Translations under genes and position numbers: made by a program
Shown here: positions 61,751 to 63,531 of the stretch, one piece after another
How positions within the stretch are numbered: position 1 is the stretch's first letter
Layout: every line of letters starts with the position of its first letter
Notes under the pieces: generated by a model
Told to the model about the DNA's origin: nothing
What the model saw: only the letters and a program-made list of their open reading frames with translations
The model's database searches: none
DNA from: Rhynchobatus australiae
Taxonomy: Eukaryota
Length of the DNA: 63,531 bases
Direction: 5' to 3'
NCBI GenBank assembly: GCA_034780895.1
Contig: JAUZTB010000073.1
Location: 18,296,314 to 18,359,844 of the forward strand

Positions 61751-62439
61751 TTACATGGAAGTTTCCTTTATCTTTTCTCCTACTGTTGCATACTTCCGGA
61801 ATTGTCTGCACTGCTGTAGGTCTTTGTCGTGCAGGCCATTGTTTTATTGTTCTCAAATCATTTGTAGGCAATATAACAATGACTCTTCCTCACCACCTTC
61901 TTCTTCCACCAACTACCAAGGAAGCAGCCATTGGGAAAAGGAGAAATTGCTTTTGTTGAATTAAATATGGAGGAGACAGTCCAAGTGGCACTTGCACTAA
62001 ATCATTGAGGCCCTTTTGAAGTGCACCCCAGTGTCTCACTGATCATATAAACTAAGAACAGCAGCATTGACACTGACAGAGTTAAACTCTCCCAAGTCTG
62101 AGTTAGTTGCTCACAGCCAGGGTGTTCTATTGAGTACGGGAGGGGACTGCTCATGCAGGAGTAAAAATATAGTTTCAATCTTTATTTTTATGTTGGATGA
62201 AAGGCTCATGTTGCCTTGACAATGCATTGTGAATAAGGCAGCTTTGTTCAGCTTCTTATTAACTCTCTATGCACTACCTCTAAATCTCCAACCCACTTGG
62301 GTTTCCCGGTTTTAATTTCAACTGGTTTCACTTAGCCAGTAGCTTCTCTTGCTAGAACTCTGAACCTTATTCTAGGTGAACACAGCTGTCAGCCAAGCTG
62401 TAGTCCCTTTCTGTTTGTGAACTCATGGAATCAATAACT

Positions 62440-62600
62440 TGTGAAAAGAAACTTCTTGCCTTTTTATGGTATTTTGCTCAACATCCCAAAGCACTTATTA
62501 GCCAATTAAGTTCTTTTGGACATGATGCATTGCAGGAAACATAGCAGTCAATTTGCAAACAGCAAGCTCTCACTAACAGTAATGTGATAATGAGAAGGTA
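62440..62600 (-). mobile_element. Deu-domain SINE 3' fragment
   Basis: CATCCCAAAGCACTT...CAATTTGCAAACAGCAAGCTCTCACTAACAGTAATGTGATAATGA. Confidence 0.6.
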
Positions 62601-63109
62601 GAAAATCGATTATCCACCGCTGTTCAATAACAGCCAATCCAAATTACATTTTATTTTATTTTGTTTCTCCCACTTCAGATCCCTCCCCTCTTCTCTAGGA
62701 TATGTTAATGTAGTTCATGCTGTAAGCTCTGGTGCTTTGCTGGTTGCAGTTATGAGTTCTTCAGTCTTGGGTTAGGTGATTGCAAAGTCCAATCATTCTT
62801 GCCCTTCCCCATTGGCGATGACTGGACAGGGTCAAGGAGCAGCATTCTAACTGGAATTTCTCCCCTTACATCTCTATTACTTACAGACACTGAGGCCTTG
62901 GACTTCATCTTGAACTGGACTATGATCTGCCTTTCTGTTTTGGTTCCCTCGACAATTGGCTCTCCTCAGTCTCCCACCCGGATAGTTCACTAAACCCTGG
63001 CCAGATATCTCAACATTTAAAGATCAGATAAAAAAGTCAAATCCAAACCTTGCTGATTACAAGCTTCAGAATAAATCAGCAAAACCATCGAGGAAAACCA
63101 TGGCTCTTT

Positions 63110-63531
63110 GCCAGTAAAAGTAGATACACTGAGCAAGGAAATTATGCATAAAATTTTGTAATTCACTGGTTAATCCTCATCTAGAATTTATGCCCAGTCC
63201 TAGTGGACAACACTTTATAAAAAGGACACCAAGGCTTTTGAATGCAACAGTTGCTCCCTGAAATGTACTGGGGAAGGACTTCAATTAAACAGAGACCGGA
63301 GAAGTTGAGACTGTCCTCATTGGAGGAGAATCCTTATGATGCAGCTTAATAAAGGTGTTCAAAATTGTGGGGAGTCTCGATAGAAAAGGCAGGGAGAAAT
63401 TGTTCCCACTGCCAGGAAAGATCGGTAACCGGGCGTGCAGATTAAAGTAATTGGGAAAAGTATATGAAGGGGGAATTTTCTATTTTAATCAGAATAGTAT
63501 TTTGATTTGGAAGGCTGCAGAAATATGAGAA
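63110..63531 (+). mobile_element. Old CR1 LINE ORF2 fragment (runs off the window)
   Basis: AGCAAGGAAATTATG...CACTGGTTAATCCTCATCTAG...GAGAAGTTGAGACTGTCCTCATTGGAG...GTGTTCAAAATT. Confidence 0.65.

Larger units (their letters stand above)
27500..63531 (+). ncRNA. Inferred long non-coding host / primary transcript of the miR-100~let-7a~miR-125b cluster (MIR100HG-like); ends unknown
   Basis: Three co-oriented hairpins occur in the conserved order, with + strand splice signals nearby and no coding exons. Boundaries are a guess. Confidence 0.55.

Overview
Non-coding vertebrate genomic DNA, most likely from a cartilaginous fish (inferred from V-SINE/HE1-like, Deu-domain SINE, CR1, L2, Rex1, Tx1 and Penelope repeats). 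The draft assembly has many N gaps. No intact protein-coding gene is supported; the recognisable ORFs are decayed retroelement fragments. The core of the window is a complete + strand microRNA tricistron: miR-100 (mature 31138-31159), let-7a (32442-32463, let-7a-2-type hairpin) and miR-125b (54192-54213, 125b-1-type hairpin), i.e. a MIR100HG-like host locus or a paralogue. The miRNAs lie in two CpG-richer blocks with no recognisable transposons (~24.7-33.1 kb and ~51.8-58.3 kb). Most notable extras: a textbook recursive-splice-like site (branch point, pyrimidine tract, CAG|GTAAGA) just downstream of miR-125b; a composite nuclear-receptor DR1/IR3 element upstream of the cluster; PBX-MEIS motifs bracketing miR-125b; and a family of short Penelope-derived fold-back insertions with target-site duplications and decayed hammerhead-ribozyme cores. 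Family calls were made by eye from recalled consensus sequences, and repeat boundaries are approximate.
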